From Phycisphaerae bacterium (GTDB taxonomy: Bacteria; Planctomycetota; Phycisphaerae; UBA1845; Fen-1342): a DNA stretch of 64,000 nucleotides. Under the pieces are notes generated by a model. That model had not been told where the DNA came from. It did no database searches and was given only the letters and a program-made list of their open reading frames with translations. The position numbers and the translations under genes were made by a program. The DNA lies in NCBI GenBank assembly GCA_963675745.2, contig CAXXWX010000016.1, positions 223,261 to 287,260 of the forward strand, read 5' to 3'. Position 1 is the stretch's first letter, and every line of letters begins with the position of its first letter. This document shows, piece by piece, positions 19,138 to 30,076 of this stretch.

Positions 19138-20871
19138 CTACCCCGCGAAATCCGAGAGCACGTTCAAATCATGCATCGACCAGATGCGCGGGTTCTTCAC
19201 GCGCCGATAGCCGATGCTCTGGTAGGACATCTCCACCAGCGTCATCAGGTAATCGCGCAGCTCGTGCACCGGCACGATCTCATCCGTATCCATCTGCCGG
19301 GCGGCCTTGTAGGGATCCATGTCGGCCTCGATGCGATCCTCGACCGCCTTCATCCCCGCCTCGACCTTCGCCCGCTCCGCAGGATCCTGCGTGGTAATGT
19401 TGAAGTTGTCGTCCAGCTTGGTGCGATAGGCCCCGATCGCCAGCGTCCGCCCCTCCATCACCGCCAAGCGCGTAAGCGGGGTGGAGAACTGCACGATCGG
19501 CTCGTAGGGTAAACCCGTCTCCGCATAGTAGCCCGCCCCGGACGCCTTGCGCAACAGCACCGTGATCATGGGCACGGTGTTGGTCGAGTTGGTGTAGAGC
19601 AGGTTCGAGCCGTAGGCGAGTAGGCCGTGCTTCTCCGCCTCGATCCCGATGTCGAAGCCGGAGATGTCCTGCAACCAGATGATCGGGATACCATCCGAGT
19701 TGCAGGAGCGCGAGAACTGCGAAATCTTGGCGATGCCCTCGCGATAGAGCAACCCGCCCGCCCGGCTGCGATCCTTCAGCTCCGGATGGGGCGTAAGCTG
19801 CTGATTGTTCGCGATGATCCCGACGTACAAACCGTTGATCCGCGCGATCCCCGTGACCATCTCCTCGCCGGTGTGCGGGAACAACTCCCAGAAGAGCGAG
19901 CTATCCACCAGGCGGGCGATGATCTGGCGAATGTCGTAGACCACGCGATGATCCACGGGGAGCAAGCCGTTGATCTCCTGCGGTGAGAAGCGCGGCTCGG
20001 CCGGGTCGAATCCGTGACGATAGTAAGCAACGGCGCTGGCAGGCAGCTTCGCTACTTCCTGTCGGATGCGCTTAAGCATGGTCTGATCGTCGGGCACGCG
20101 CTCGTCGGCGCAGTTGGACAGGTGCACGTGCACGTTCGGCCCACCGATGGTGAGCGACGTAATCTTCTGGGATTTGGCGCCTTTGATGAGCGCCGCCCCG
20201 GCGATTACCATGTAGGCCTGCTCCGTCATGAAAAGCTTGTCGGAGATGATGGGCATGTAGCCGCCGCCCGCGATGCAGTCGCCCAGCACGCCGGCGATCT
20301 GCGGCACGCCGCTCGCGGAGAGCAGCGCGTTCATCTTGAAGATATACCCCGCCCCCACCCGCCCGGGGAAGGTCTTGGACTGCTCCGGCAGGTTCAGACC
20401 GGAACAATCGACCAGGTAAATGACGGGTATGCGCAGACGCAGGCCCACTTCCTGGGCACGTTCGATCTTCTCCGGCGTCAAGGGCCACCAGGAGCCGGAC
20501 GCCACCGTGTTGTCATTCGCGATCACGACCGTAAGTCGGCCCTGAATCCGCACGAACGCGGTTACCACCCCCGCAGCCGGAGAGGTGCGCGGCGGCTTGC
20601 CGAAGGTCAGACCATAGTTGACAAAAGTGTTAATAGGAAAGATGGTCGTGCCCTCGTCCTTGAGCGCCTCCAACCGCTCCCAGGTCGTCATCTTCCCCTT
20701 GGCGTGGACGCGCTCCACATACTCAGGCCCCCACCCGGCCCGCACTTCCTCCCGGCGCTCGCGCACGACGGCGTTAAGCTCTTCCATGCGCGCAAGATTC
20801 TTAGTATAGGTCTGCTCGTCGACCAACTCTTCAACGGGCGCACCAACTGGATGAAGGATAACCTTTGCCAT
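19138..20871 (-). CDS. Acyl-CoA carboxyltransferase (methylcrotonyl-CoA carboxylase beta / glutaconyl-CoA decarboxylase alpha family)
   Basis: [39 protein letters not shown]. Confidence 0.9.
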   Translation of the reverse strand: MAKVILHPVGAPVEELVDEQTYTKNLARMEELNAVVRERREEVRAGWGPEYVERVHAKGKMTTWERLEALKDEGTTIFPINTFVNYGLTFGKPPRTSPAAGVVTAFVRIQGRLTVVIANDNTVASGSWWPLTPEKIERAQEVGLRLRIPVIYLVDCSGLNLPEQSKTFPGRVGAGYIFKMNALLSASGVPQIAGVLGDCIAGGGYMPIISDKLFMTEQAYMVIAGAALIKGAKSQKITSLTIGGPNVHVHLSNCADERVPDDQTMLKRIRQEVAKLPASAVAYYRHGFDPAEPRFSPQEINGLLPVDHRVVYDIRQIIARLVDSSLFWELFPHTGEEMVTGIARINGLYVGIIANNQQLTPHPELKDRSRAGGLLYREGIAKISQFSRSCNSDGIPIIWLQDISGFDIGIEAEKHGLLAYGSNLLYTNSTNTVPMITVLLRKASGAGYYAETGLPYEPIVQFSTPLTRLAVMEGRTLAIGAYRTKLDDNFNITTQDPAERAKVEAGMKAVEDRIEADMDPYKAARQMDTDEIVPVHELRDYLMTLVEMSYQSIGYRRVKNPRIWSMHDLNVLSDFAG

Positions 20872-20881
20872 GAAGTAGAAC

Positions 20882-22231
20882 CTATCCCAATAATCGCGCG
20901 ATGAAGCCCGTGTCGTACTTTCCTTCAGCAAAGTCAGGGGATTTCATGATCTTGACATGCGCGGGAATCGTGGTTTTCACGCCCCCCACTTTGAAGGCTT
21001 CGAGTGCTTTGACCATGCCGTTACGTGCGGCCTCACGATCTGGCCCCCAGACAATCAGCTTCGCAATCAGCGAGTCGTAATAGACCGGAATGCGATAGCC
21101 CGGGCGCACGTGCGAATCCACCCGCACCTTTACACCCGGCACTTCCCGCGGCGGCACGAACTCGGTCACCACGCCCGGACAGGGTTTGAAATCCTCGAAG
21201 GGATCTTCCGCGTTGATCCGGCACTCGATCGAGTGCCCGTGCATCTCTATGTCTTCCTGATTGAACGAAAGCGTCTCGTTGGCAGCCACGTGGAGCTGCT
21301 CAGTCACCAGGTCGCGGCCGGTCACTTGCTCGGTTACCGGATGCTCGACCTGGAGCCGGGCGTTTACCTCCATGAAATAGAGCTGCCCGTCCTGATCGCG
21401 GAAGAACTCGACCGTGCCGGCGTTGCGATAGCCGATCAGGCGCAAGGCCTTGCGCAGCTTCTCACCCAGATCGCGCCGCAACTCAGGCGTCATCACCGGC
21501 GACGGCGATTCTTCTACGAGCTTCTGATGCCGGCGCTGGGCGGAGCACTCGCGCTCCCCCAGATAGACGGCATTACCGAAGGCGTCGGCCATCACCTGAA
21601 ACTCGATGTGCCGCCCGTCGATGATGTACTTTTCGAGATAGAGCCCGGCGTTGTTGAACGCCTTCTCCGCCTCCATCGAAGCTTCCTGGAACATCGGCGC
21701 GAACTGGTCTGCGGAGTCCACGCGGCGCATCCCGCGCCCACCGCCGCCGGCAGTGGCCTTGAGCAGGACGGGGAAGCCCATCTCCTTGGCGAGCTTGAGC
21801 CCTTCCTCCAGATTCGGCAACGTGCCACGTGAGCCGGGGATCACGGGCAACCCGGCCGAGCGCATGGTCTCCCGGGCGGTGGCCTTGTCCCCCATCGACT
21901 GGATCGCACCCGCCGGCGGGCCGATGAACGTCATCTTCGCCTGCTCACACAACTCCGCGAAGAGCGCGTTTTCCGCCAGAAAACCGTAACCCGGGTGAAT
22001 GGCGCAACAGTCCGTCTGCTCGGCTGCCTGGATGATCGCGGTCATGTTCAGGTAGCTCTGAGCGCTCTTGGGCGGGCCGATGCAGACACGCACGTCGGCC
22101 TCCTCCAGGTGCGGAGACTCGGCATCCGCCTCGGAGTAGACCGCCACCGACTCGACGCCCAGCTCCTTGCAGGCGCGAATCACTCGCAGAGCGATTTCAC
22201 CACGGTTGGCAATCAGGATGCGTTTGAACAT
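20882..22231 (-). CDS. accC: Biotin carboxylase
   Basis: [50 protein letters not shown]. Confidence 0.95.
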   Translation of the reverse strand: MFKRILIANRGEIALRVIRACKELGVESVAVYSEADAESPHLEEADVRVCIGPPKSAQSYLNMTAIIQAAEQTDCCAIHPGYGFLAENALFAELCEQAKMTFIGPPAGAIQSMGDKATARETMRSAGLPVIPGSRGTLPNLEEGLKLAKEMGFPVLLKATAGGGGRGMRRVDSADQFAPMFQEASMEAEKAFNNAGLYLEKYIIDGRHIEFQVMADAFGNAVYLGERECSAQRRHQKLVEESPSPVMTPELRRDLGEKLRKALRLIGYRNAGTVEFFRDQDGQLYFMEVNARLQVEHPVTEQVTGRDLVTEQLHVAANETLSFNQEDIEMHGHSIECRINAEDPFEDFKPCPGVVTEFVPPREVPGVKVRVDSHVRPGYRIPVYYDSLIAKLIVWGPDREAARNGMVKALEAFKVGGVKTTIPAHVKIMKSPDFAEGKYDTGFIARLLG

Positions 22232-22248
22232 GAAAGCTCCGTGCTACA

Positions 22249-22395
22249 GTGTGCCACTGCTCTTGAGCAGTGCTCTCAGATTGCGGGTGGCATGGCCAAG
22301 CGCCGCCATGCAGTAGGGTGGGCACCGCCCACCACGTATGTCGTTATCAATTACGTCGCGTTACCGGTCCCGGCGGTGGGCAGTGCCCACCCTAC
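22249..22395. repeat. REP cluster overlapping the hydratase stop codon
   Basis: Palindrome 22249-22273, shortened REP-M 22285-22310, inverted GTAGGGTGGGCA pair 22313-22333 / 22375-22395. Confidence 0.85.
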
Positions 22396-23180
22396 TTCTC
22401 TTCCCCCCACCTCGGCTTCCGTCTTTCGAGAAACGCGTTCATGCCATCCTGGCCTTCGGCGCTCATGCGGAGCTTCGCGATAACCTCAGCCGTGTAGGGA
22501 CCGTTGTCCACGAGTGAACGTTCCGCCACCTCGCGAATAAGCTCCTTGGAAACCGCCAACGCCTCCGGCCCGCCGGAGAGAATCAACGCCACCTTCTGCT
22601 CGACCTCCGCATCAAGCTGCTCCGCCGGCACAGCCGAGTTGACCAACCCCAGCTCAACCGCCCGCTCCGCGCTGAAACGCTCGCCCGTGAGGAAGTACTC
22701 CCGCAGGTTCTTCTCGCCCATGCGTTTGAGCAGGTAAGGTGAAATCGCGGCCGGGGTCAGGCCGAGCTTGGTCTCACTGAAGGCGAAGTAGGCGTCCTGC
22801 GAAGCGATCGCAATATCGCAGACCGCCACCACGCCCGTGCCACCGCCGATGGCCGGGCCGTTGATCCGCCCGATCACCGGCTGCGGATGGGTGTAGACCT
22901 CGCGCAGCATCCGCGCCAGGTTGAGCGAGTCCTCGTAGTTTTGCTCGAGGGTGTAATTGACGACTCGCTTCATCCAGTTGAGGTCGGCCCCGGCGCAGAA
23001 ACAGGCACCCTCGCCGGTGAGCACGACCACGCGCACCTGGGAATCAGTGCGCAGAGAGGCAAAGACCTCACGGAGGTCTTCGAGCATCTCATCGTTGAAG
23101 GCGTTGCGCACGTCGGGACGGCTGAGGGTCACCCGCGCAATAGGTCCGTCACGGGTGAGGCGTACGGTGCCGTAGCTCAT
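22392..23180 (-). CDS. Crotonase, methylglutaconyl-CoA hydratase (LiuC)-like
   Basis: FCAGADLNWM, GGGTGVVAVCD, SETKLGLTPAAISPY. Confidence 0.85.
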   Translation of the reverse strand: MSYGTVRLTRDGPIARVTLSRPDVRNAFNDEMLEDLREVFASLRTDSQVRVVVLTGEGACFCAGADLNWMKRVVNYTLEQNYEDSLNLARMLREVYTHPQPVIGRINGPAIGGGTGVVAVCDIAIASQDAYFAFSETKLGLTPAAISPYLLKRMGEKNLREYFLTGERFSAERAVELGLVNSAVPAEQLDAEVEQKVALILSGGPEALAVSKELIREVAERSLVDNGPYTAEVIAKLRMSAEGQDGMNAFLERRKPRWGEEK

Positions 23181-23239
23181 ACGCAACTCCTTAGGAAGCG
23201 CACCACGAGGCCCCTGCGAACGGAGAACGGCGCAGCATC

Positions 23240-23356
23240 CGTCCCCCACCCTTGCTGCGCAAGAATGGGGCACCCATCACGGGGCAGCCGGAATACTCGT
23301 GAAGCGCATCCCCCACAAGGGATACGCTTCACGAGGTACGCTTCACGCTTCACGCC
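23240..23356. repeat. REP-like hairpin plus ACGCTTC heptamer run
   Basis: CCCACCCTTGCTGCGCAAGAATGGGGCACCC resembles the hairpin near 19050-19081; ACGCTTC units at 23324-23351. Confidence 0.65.
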
Positions 23357-23372
23357 GCCGCGCCAGCGGCGG

Positions 23373-23768
23373 CTACTGCCGCACCGGGACGGCCTTGTGC
23401 CCGTAGTGAATGATGCCCGCGTCGCCTTCGGTATAACTCCGGCGAAACTCCAACTTCACCGGCATCCCGATCTTCAGCTCGTCGAACGAAACGTCGGCAA
23501 TCTGCACGGTAAGCCGGGCGCCGTCGTCCATGTCGACTAAACCGACAGCGAAGGGAGCCTCACCGGAAAACTCATCCGAGGGCGTCCGAATCACGGTATA
23601 GGTCACGACTTTGCCGGTGCGTTTCATCTCGAACCGGGTAAAGGCACGCGCCTGGCACTTGTTGCACACCAGGCGGGGCGGATAGAAGACCTTGCCGCAC
23701 TTGTCACACTTGGCGGCTTCCAGTCGATACGTCTGCGGATATTCACGCCATGCTCTCGAGGGTGGCAT
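23373..23768 (-). CDS. DUF35-type Zn-ribbon / OB-fold protein
   Basis: CDKC..YPPR..CNKC, GKVVTYTVI, OB-fold C-terminus; starts 1 nt after the thiolase stop. Confidence 0.92.
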   Translation of the reverse strand: MPPSRAWREYPQTYRLEAAKCDKCGKVFYPPRLVCNKCQARAFTRFEMKRTGKVVTYTVIRTPSDEFSGEAPFAVGLVDMDDGARLTVQIADVSFDELKIGMPVKLEFRRSYTEGDAGIIHYGHKAVPVRQ

Positions 23769-23769
23769 C

Positions 23770-24924
23770 TTACATCGCCTCCAGAATATGAACGACGGAA
23801 CTTCCGCCGCTACCGCCCATGTTCTGCGCCAGCCCCACGCGCGCGTTCTTAAGCTGCCGCTTACCCGCCTCGCCCCGAAGCTGCTCGGTAATCTCCACGA
23901 TCTGGGCAATCCCGGTCGCACCGACCGGATGCCCCTTGGATTTGAGCCCACCACTGGCATTGATGGGCATCTTGCCGTCGAGCGCGGTGACCCCCGCCTC
24001 CGCGGCCGGACCACCCTTGCCCCGTTCGATCAAACCCAGACTCTCCGAGACGATGATCTCCGCGATGGTGAAGCAGTCGTGCACCTCGGCGAAGTCAATG
24101 TCCTTGGGGTCCTTGCCCGCCATCTTGTAGGCCTGCTCCGCGGAACAGCTCACCGCCTTGAGCGCGGTAAGGTCCTCGCGATCCTTGAGAGCAATGGAAT
24201 CCGTCGCATGACCCGAGCCGATGATCTTCACGCCCGGCTTCTTGTACTTCTTAACCCAGTCGGCCGGGATCACGATCGCCGCGGCCGCCCCGTCGGTGAT
24301 CGGCGAACAATCCAGGATGTTCAGCGGATCAGCCACCTTGACCGAGTCGATCACACCCTCGACCGTGATCTCCATCGGGAACTGGGCCCGCGGGTTCATG
24401 CTGCCGTTGTGATGGTTCTTGACGGCCACGTGGGCGAGCTGCTTACGGGTGGTGCCGTACTTGGCCATGTGGGCGACTGCCAGCATGGCGTACAGCCCGG
24501 GGAAAGTGATACCACTGGTCCCTTCCCACTCCATGTCCGCCGCGGTGGCAAGGGCATAAGTCGCATCCCCCCCGCCGATCTCGGTCATCTTCTCCACCCC
24601 GCCGGCCAGCACCACGTCGTGCACCCCACTGGCCACGTCCCGAAACGCCATCCGCAGCGCCAAGCCTCCGGAGGCACAGGCGGACTCCACCCGCGTCGCG
24701 GGAATCGGAGCCTGCCCCAGGTAATCCGCCAAAACCGAACCCAAATGCTCCTGGGCGGCAAAGAGCCCGGGAGTCATGCTACCTACATACATGGCGTCCA
24801 GCTTGTCCACCCCGGCATCGTCCATGGCGAGCAAGGCGGACTCGACGAAGATGTCGCGGGTCGAGCGATTCCACAGCTCGCCCCACTTCTGCATGCCGAC
24901 GCCGATTACGGCCACTTCTCTCAT
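23770..24924 (-). CDS. Archaeal-type acetyl-CoA acetyltransferase (thiolase)
   Basis: [30 protein letters not shown]. Confidence 0.93.
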   Translation of the reverse strand: MREVAVIGVGMQKWGELWNRSTRDIFVESALLAMDDAGVDKLDAMYVGSMTPGLFAAQEHLGSVLADYLGQAPIPATRVESACASGGLALRMAFRDVASGVHDVVLAGGVEKMTEIGGGDATYALATAADMEWEGTSGITFPGLYAMLAVAHMAKYGTTRKQLAHVAVKNHHNGSMNPRAQFPMEITVEGVIDSVKVADPLNILDCSPITDGAAAAIVIPADWVKKYKKPGVKIIGSGHATDSIALKDREDLTALKAVSCSAEQAYKMAGKDPKDIDFAEVHDCFTIAEIIVSESLGLIERGKGGPAAEAGVTALDGKMPINASGGLKSKGHPVGATGIAQIVEITEQLRGEAGKRQLKNARVGLAQNMGGSGGSSVVHILEAM

Positions 24925-24936
24925 CTTTCGTATCTC

Positions 24937-25995
24937 CTACTTCTCCGCCAGGCGGATCTTGCGCCGCAGCTTGGCGTACTCGCCGTACTCGAGGAAGCTA
25001 ATGTTCTCGTCCAGCATCCAACGCGTCTTGGGCGCCAGGTCACGGGCCTTGAGCACCCGCTCCTGCACCGTAAAGATGAAGGCATCACTGCCCGCCCCCG
25101 AGCCGTAGGAGCACATCATGATCTTGTCGCCCGGCTTCGCCACATCCAACACGGCCGTCATCCCGAGCGGCGAGGCGCCTGAGTAGGTGTTGCCCAAAGT
25201 GAGTACCAGACGCCCGACCTCGATCTGCTCAAAGCTGAAGCCGAGCATCTTGGCGACGCGCTTGGGGAACTTGCCGTTGGGCTGGTGGAAGATAGCGTAC
25301 TTGAAATCCTTGGGCTTCATGCCGGATTTCTTGAGGATGCCCTCGACCGCGCCTACCACCGTGCGGAAGTAGGCCGGCTCCCCGGTGAAACGCCCGCCGT
25401 GCGACGGGTAGAACTGGTGCTCGCGCCGCCAGAAATCCGGGGTGTCCGTCATGAAGGAGTAGGTCTCGTCGATGGTGGCGATCATGCGGTCCTCGTCGGC
25501 CCCCATGATGAAGGCCGCCGCACCGGCCGCCGCCGAGTACTCGAGGGCGTCGCCGGGCGCACCCTGCGAGGTATCGCCGCCGATGCCCATCCCGTACTTG
25601 ATAAGCCCCGCCTTGACCAGGCCATAGGCGACGAACATGCCCTCCGAGCCCGCCTTGCAGGCGAACTCGAAGTCCGCGCAATGGCAGTCAGGGGTGGCAC
25701 CGATCGCCTCGGCCACGGTAACGCCGGAGGGCTTCACCGCGTAGGGGTGCGACTCGCTCCCGACGTAGATCGCCCCGATGTCCTTGGGGTCGATCCCCGC
25801 CCGCGCCACGGCGTTGCGGGCCGCCTCCACGGAGAGAGTGATCGTGTCCTCGTCCAGCCCCGGGACTGATTTCTGGATCAGCTCCAGCCCCTTCTTGTAG
25901 CTTGGCGCGTCCGCCCCCCAGACCTTGGCGATCTCCTCAACCTTGATTCGCCGCCGGGGGAGGTGGGCACCATAGCCAATAATCCCAACTGCCAT
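24937..25995 (-). CDS. Archaeal-type hydroxymethylglutaryl-CoA synthase
   Basis: GSESHPYAVKP, EFACKAG (catalytic Cys), DTPDFWRR, HQPNGKFP, GNTYSG, SYGSGAGSD. Confidence 0.93.
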   Translation of the reverse strand: MAVGIIGYGAHLPRRRIKVEEIAKVWGADAPSYKKGLELIQKSVPGLDEDTITLSVEAARNAVARAGIDPKDIGAIYVGSESHPYAVKPSGVTVAEAIGATPDCHCADFEFACKAGSEGMFVAYGLVKAGLIKYGMGIGGDTSQGAPGDALEYSAAAGAAAFIMGADEDRMIATIDETYSFMTDTPDFWRREHQFYPSHGGRFTGEPAYFRTVVGAVEGILKKSGMKPKDFKYAIFHQPNGKFPKRVAKMLGFSFEQIEVGRLVLTLGNTYSGASPLGMTAVLDVAKPGDKIMMCSYGSGAGSDAFIFTVQERVLKARDLAPKTRWMLDENISFLEYGEYAKLRRKIRLAEK

Positions 25996-26205
25996 GTAGG
26001 TCCTCCTCGTCTTACCCTAACCGGACCCGAACACCGGGTCCGGCACGAAACGCCTATCGCAACACCTGGCACCTGCGCCGCCGCCTGGGCGACCAGGTTC
26101 TTGAACCCAATAACCAGAAGGTAGAGGTTTAGCGTGAGGTCTGCGACCCGTCAACTGCGCCCCTCCTCCTGATACTGCAAACGCGGATTCCCCCCTGCCG
26201 CGGCG

Positions 26206-26629
26206 TCAGCCTACCGGCTCGTCGCGTTCTCCGGTTCTGCGAAAGTGCCTCCAGCCCAGGACAACCAGCACCAGGATGCTCCCGGCCTTCCACAGCAGCA
26301 ACCACCAGGGCCTCCACCAGGCACCGGTCTGCACCTCGACGACGTCAGACAGACCGAAGAGAGCGAAGGTCACGGCAATCAGTACGTGCCGGCGGCGGAG
26401 CGAACCTGTCCGCCCGGTTGCTGGTGTCCTGAGTCCGAAATCCGTGCACAGTCTTGACTTCCGAGCCGCGACATTCATGTCGCGCGGGAAACGCCCGGCA
26501 CAAATGCCGGGGCTCGGACGACCGTGCCAAATCCTGCAACCAACTTGCGACTCAGGACACTAGAATCGCGAGGACTGGAGCAGTCCCCGCCCAGAGAGCC
26601 GCCTCGAGATAGTCTGCGCTGGAGAACAT
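26206..26629 (-). pseudogene. Small membrane protein gene interrupted by a MITE
   Basis: Removing 26422-26560 fuses MFSSADY...LAIL to ATGRTGS...FALFGLSDVVEVQTGAWWRPWWLLLWK in frame (94 aa). Confidence 0.85.
26421..26563. mobile_element. MITE-C, 143 bp
   Basis: TIRs CTGGTGTCCTGAGTC / GACTCAGGACACTAG; same-length inverted copy at 48602-48744. Confidence 0.9.
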
Positions 26630-26637
26630 AACCGCCC

Positions 26638-27207
26638 TCAGAACACCGGGCTGGATCGCAATACCGCAAAGCTGGGGTTGGCGCGGTCGCGGTCGCTCAG
26701 CACCGGATCGGTCAGGGGCCAGGTGATCGCAAGCTCCGGGTCGTCGTAGGCGATTCCCGCCTCCGCCTGCGGGTCGTAGTAGTCGCCGCACTTGTACATC
26801 ACGTCAGCCCCCTGTGAGATCACCGCGAAACCGTGGGCAAAACCGACCGGGACGAAAAGCTGCCGATGATTCTCGGCACTCAACTCGCACGCCTCCCATT
26901 GCCCGAAGGTCGGCGACTCTTGGCGCAGATCGACGGCCACGTCCCAGATAGCACCGCGGACGCAGTAGATCAGCTTCGCCTGACCGGGGGAGTCGGCTGT
27001 CGGCCTCTGGTAGTGCAGCCCGCGAATCACCCCCGCCGCAGAGTGACTATGATTGTCCTGCACGAAGGGCCCGGCAATCCCGCTGGACTCGTAGCGCCGC
27101 TGTTGGTAGGTCTCCAGCAGGAAGCCGCGAGCGTCGCGAAAGACCTTCGGCGCCACGAGCACGAGCCCCGGCAACTCAGTCGGAACAGTGTCCAATGAAC
27201 TCTCCAT
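26638..27207 (-). CDS. rfbC: dTDP-4-dehydrorhamnose 3,5-epimerase
   Basis: DARGF, QDNHS.S, RGLHYQ, QAKL, DVAVDLR, GFAHGF; exact start uncertain. Confidence 0.95.
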   Translation of the reverse strand: MESSLDTVPTELPGLVLVAPKVFRDARGFLLETYQQRRYESSGIAGPFVQDNHSHSAAGVIRGLHYQRPTADSPGQAKLIYCVRGAIWDVAVDLRQESPTFGQWEACELSAENHRQLFVPVGFAHGFAVISQGADVMYKCGDYYDPQAEAGIAYDDPELAITWPLTDPVLSDRDRANPSFAVLRSSPVF

Positions 27208-27415
27208 TCGGAGTCGCGGTATCCAGTAGCACGGTCGTCCCGGAGTATAGCATCTTCGCGCGTCCGAGTACTACCGATCGGGCGAACCTCAAGAACCGCC
27301 GTGGCAGAACAAGACGCCGCGGCTTCAGGGGTCCGTTTGACTGGCAGCACCGGGCACGGCAGACTACGCCCTGGAACTTGGGCTCAATTAGGACCACCGA
27401 AAATGGAAACCAGCA

Positions 27416-27513
27416 GGGTGGCATGCCCAAGCCGAAGGCGCCGGCATGTGATGGCGAAAAATGGGCGTCTTGCTGGGGGACGGCATGGCGGCGCTGCGCT
27501 TGGCCATGCCACC
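27416..27513. repeat. REP-K / REP-M hetero-doublet
   Basis: GGGTGGCATGCCCAAGCCGAAGGCGCCGGCATG at 27416-27448 and inverted REP-M at 27484-27513. Confidence 0.85.
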
Positions 27514-27609
27514 TACTCCGGACTATCGGTCTCCCGATTGCAGGGAGCTATCTAGGTCCCAGAGAGGCCTGGCTCCCCTGGGGAATGCGCAGTTACAAGG
27601 AGACAAGCA

Positions 27610-29955
27610 TTGGCGAGCATGGACGACAAGACCCTTCTGGAACAAGCGGAAGCCGGGATTACCGCCTACCTGGAAGGCGAGCGGGACGCGGGGCGCATCG
27701 CGGGCAACTACTTCGAGGACGCCCGGCGGCGGACGGTGCCCAACCTGCGCCGCTGGCTGCAAGCGGCGGAGTTGGATGATATCTCGCCGAACCTGCGGGA
27801 GGGTCTGCGCCAAGCGATCCGGCGGGAGCAGTGGGTGGCACTGGCTAACGCCTTCTCCCGCGACGTGAGCTTCGGCACGGGCGGCATCCGCGAGAAGATG
27901 GGCTCCGAGCGCGACGTGGTGCTCCAGCTCAAGGAGATCGGCGTCCACGCCCCCATAATCAAAGGGCCCAACACGATCAACGACGTAGTGCTCCTCTTGA
28001 CCAGTGCGGGCGTGGCGAAGTACGGCCGGCAGCGCCAGCCGCCGCTCACCAAGGCCGTGGTAGGCTTTGACAGCCGGGTGCGCGGGGCGGACTTCGCCCG
28101 TTTGATCGCCGAACTGTTCCTCGCCTACGGCTGGACGGTCTACCTCTTCGACGAAGCCTGCATGTACCCCAGCGTCACCTACGCCGTGCCGACGCTGAAG
28201 GCGGACGTGGGCGTCTTCATCTCGGCCAGCCACAACGACTTCAGGTATAACGGCTTCAAGCTCTCCTGCCACAACGGCTCGCAGTTCGACCCGGCGGAGC
28301 GGGCGGACATCTACGATAACTTCATCACCAAGATGCAGTTCACCGACATCAGGCGGCTGCCCCTGGCGGAGGCGCCGGCGGATAACCTGTGGTTCCTCGG
28401 CGGGGTGCCGCGGGCGGATGGGCGTAAGCTGGAATCCGGCCCACACGCCGGGCTTCCCGTGGGCGACCCCCTACCGGATGCCCCGGCCGACCTCTACGCC
28501 GGGCGCACCGAGCGCATCATCGACCTGCACACCATGCACGCCAACCATGTGAAGCAGTTCCTCCTGCAGCCGGAGATGATCGCGCAGGCAAAGCATCCGC
28601 TCTCGATCGGCTTCTCCGCCTTCAACGGCTCGGGACGCAAGGCTGTGCCCGGGCTGTTGGCGGAGGTGGGTTTCAAGCAAGTTCGGCGGATCATGAAGCT
28701 CGACGCTCTGGACGGCATGTTCCCCGCGTTTTGCAGCGATCCGGGCAAGGAACAGCAGCCGGACCCGGGCGACTGGCGGGCGGCCGACATCGCCATTCAG
28801 TGTTTCAAAGAAGAGTACCCCGGCGCCTGGGAAGGTGTGGACCTGATCGTGGGCACCGACCCGGACGCCGATCGCTGCGGCGTGATCGTCAAGGTCCCGC
28901 CCCACCAGCGCCCGGGCTATCGCCACCCGGGCACGGGCGAGGAACGCGACTACTTCCTGCTCTCGGCCGACGACGCCTGGTCGCTGATCCTGTGGTATCG
29001 GTTCAATCGTGAGGTCGAGCAGCACGGATGCGTCCGCACCGCCGATCAGCAGTTCATCGTCCTCTCTCACACCACCACGGACCTGCTGCCCTGCGTGGCG
29101 CGCAAGTATGGCGTGGGCGTGCTGAAGACGTGGGTGGGCTTTGCCCAACTGGCGGCCGGAACGCGGGCGATCTGGGACCTGCGCCAGGGCAAGGACACAC
29201 CCGGCATCACTGAAGGCGGCAAGCTCCCACCCTACACCGAGGGCAGGCGCCACCCGGATGACAAGGTCTGCAACCGCACGATCTACACCTGGGACGGGAT
29301 GGACGGCCCCAACCGCTCGATCAACGTCGCCGCCCTCGAGCAGAGCAACGGCTTCTCTTTGCTCGGCGGGATTCCGGTGGATGAACGCTCGCTCGGCGTG
29401 AACGGCCACGTGCGCGACAAGGACGGCACCTTCGCCGCGGTGCTGATGGCGGAACTGGCGGCCTACGCGAAGGAACAGGGCACGAACGTGCTCGACCTGC
29501 TGGATGAGAAGCTCTACCTAGATCCGGACATCGGCCTTTACGTAACGTATTACGAACCTGATCCGCTGGACGGCGAATACGAAGGGCTCGTCGGCTACAC
29601 CAAGAAGCGCGGCGTGCTGGACAAAGCGGAGGAGCTGTTCCAAAACTACCAGGCCAAGCAGCTTACGTTGGGCGGGTTGCCCGTGCGGCATACCTGCGCC
29701 TTCCGCACCGGCAAGTATGACGCGATCAACTGGCCCGGCTTCCCGGACGAGGGCTATCGGTTCTACTTCGACGACGAGCGCCGTTCGCACCTGACCATCA
29801 GGCCTTCGGGCACGTCGAATGCTCTGCGTTTCCACGTGCAGTTGTTCGGCGGGCATCCGGGCCGGAAGGAGCTGATCGCCCGGAAGGGTGAGCTGCGGGC
29901 ACAGTGCACGCAGATCGTCACGGACATTCGAGTGCTAATAGGCGCGCCACGGTGA
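27610..29955 (+). CDS. Alpha-D-phosphohexomutase (phosphoglucomutase/phosphomannomutase), long form
   Basis: FGTGGIR, ISASHN (phospho-Ser), TDPDADR (metal loop), RDKDG, IRPSGT. Confidence 0.92.
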   Translation: MASMDDKTLLEQAEAGITAYLEGERDAGRIAGNYFEDARRRTVPNLRRWLQAAELDDISPNLREGLRQAIRREQWVALANAFSRDVSFGTGGIREKMGSERDVVLQLKEIGVHAPIIKGPNTINDVVLLLTSAGVAKYGRQRQPPLTKAVVGFDSRVRGADFARLIAELFLAYGWTVYLFDEACMYPSVTYAVPTLKADVGVFISASHNDFRYNGFKLSCHNGSQFDPAERADIYDNFITKMQFTDIRRLPLAEAPADNLWFLGGVPRADGRKLESGPHAGLPVGDPLPDAPADLYAGRTERIIDLHTMHANHVKQFLLQPEMIAQAKHPLSIGFSAFNGSGRKAVPGLLAEVGFKQVRRIMKLDALDGMFPAFCSDPGKEQQPDPGDWRAADIAIQCFKEEYPGAWEGVDLIVGTDPDADRCGVIVKVPPHQRPGYRHPGTGEERDYFLLSADDAWSLILWYRFNREVEQHGCVRTADQQFIVLSHTTTDLLPCVARKYGVGVLKTWVGFAQLAAGTRAIWDLRQGKDTPGITEGGKLPPYTEGRRHPDDKVCNRTIYTWDGMDGPNRSINVAALEQSNGFSLLGGIPVDERSLGVNGHVRDKDGTFAAVLMAELAAYAKEQGTNVLDLLDEKLYLDPDIGLYVTYYEPDPLDGEYEGLVGYTKKRGVLDKAEELFQNYQAKQLTLGGLPVRHTCAFRTGKYDAINWPGFPDEGYRFYFDDERRSHLTIRPSGTSNALRFHVQLFGGHPGRKELIARKGELRAQCTQIVTDIRVLIGAPR

Positions 29956-30076
29956 TGTCGATTCGTCCATACGTCGGCCCGCGCAAGCGTCACCGCGCGG
30001 TGGAGCCGATTGTCCGTCCGGGCCGGCGTGAGGCGTCGCCTGCGCGCCCGGCGGCACCTGAACCCGGAACGCATCC

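Noticed and set aside
23373..25995. phlABC-type phloroglucinol acetyltransferase cluster
   Set aside because: The synthase keeps its catalytic Cys and archaeal HMGCS motifs, no type III PKS is nearby, and the neighbours point to HMG-CoA chemistry.
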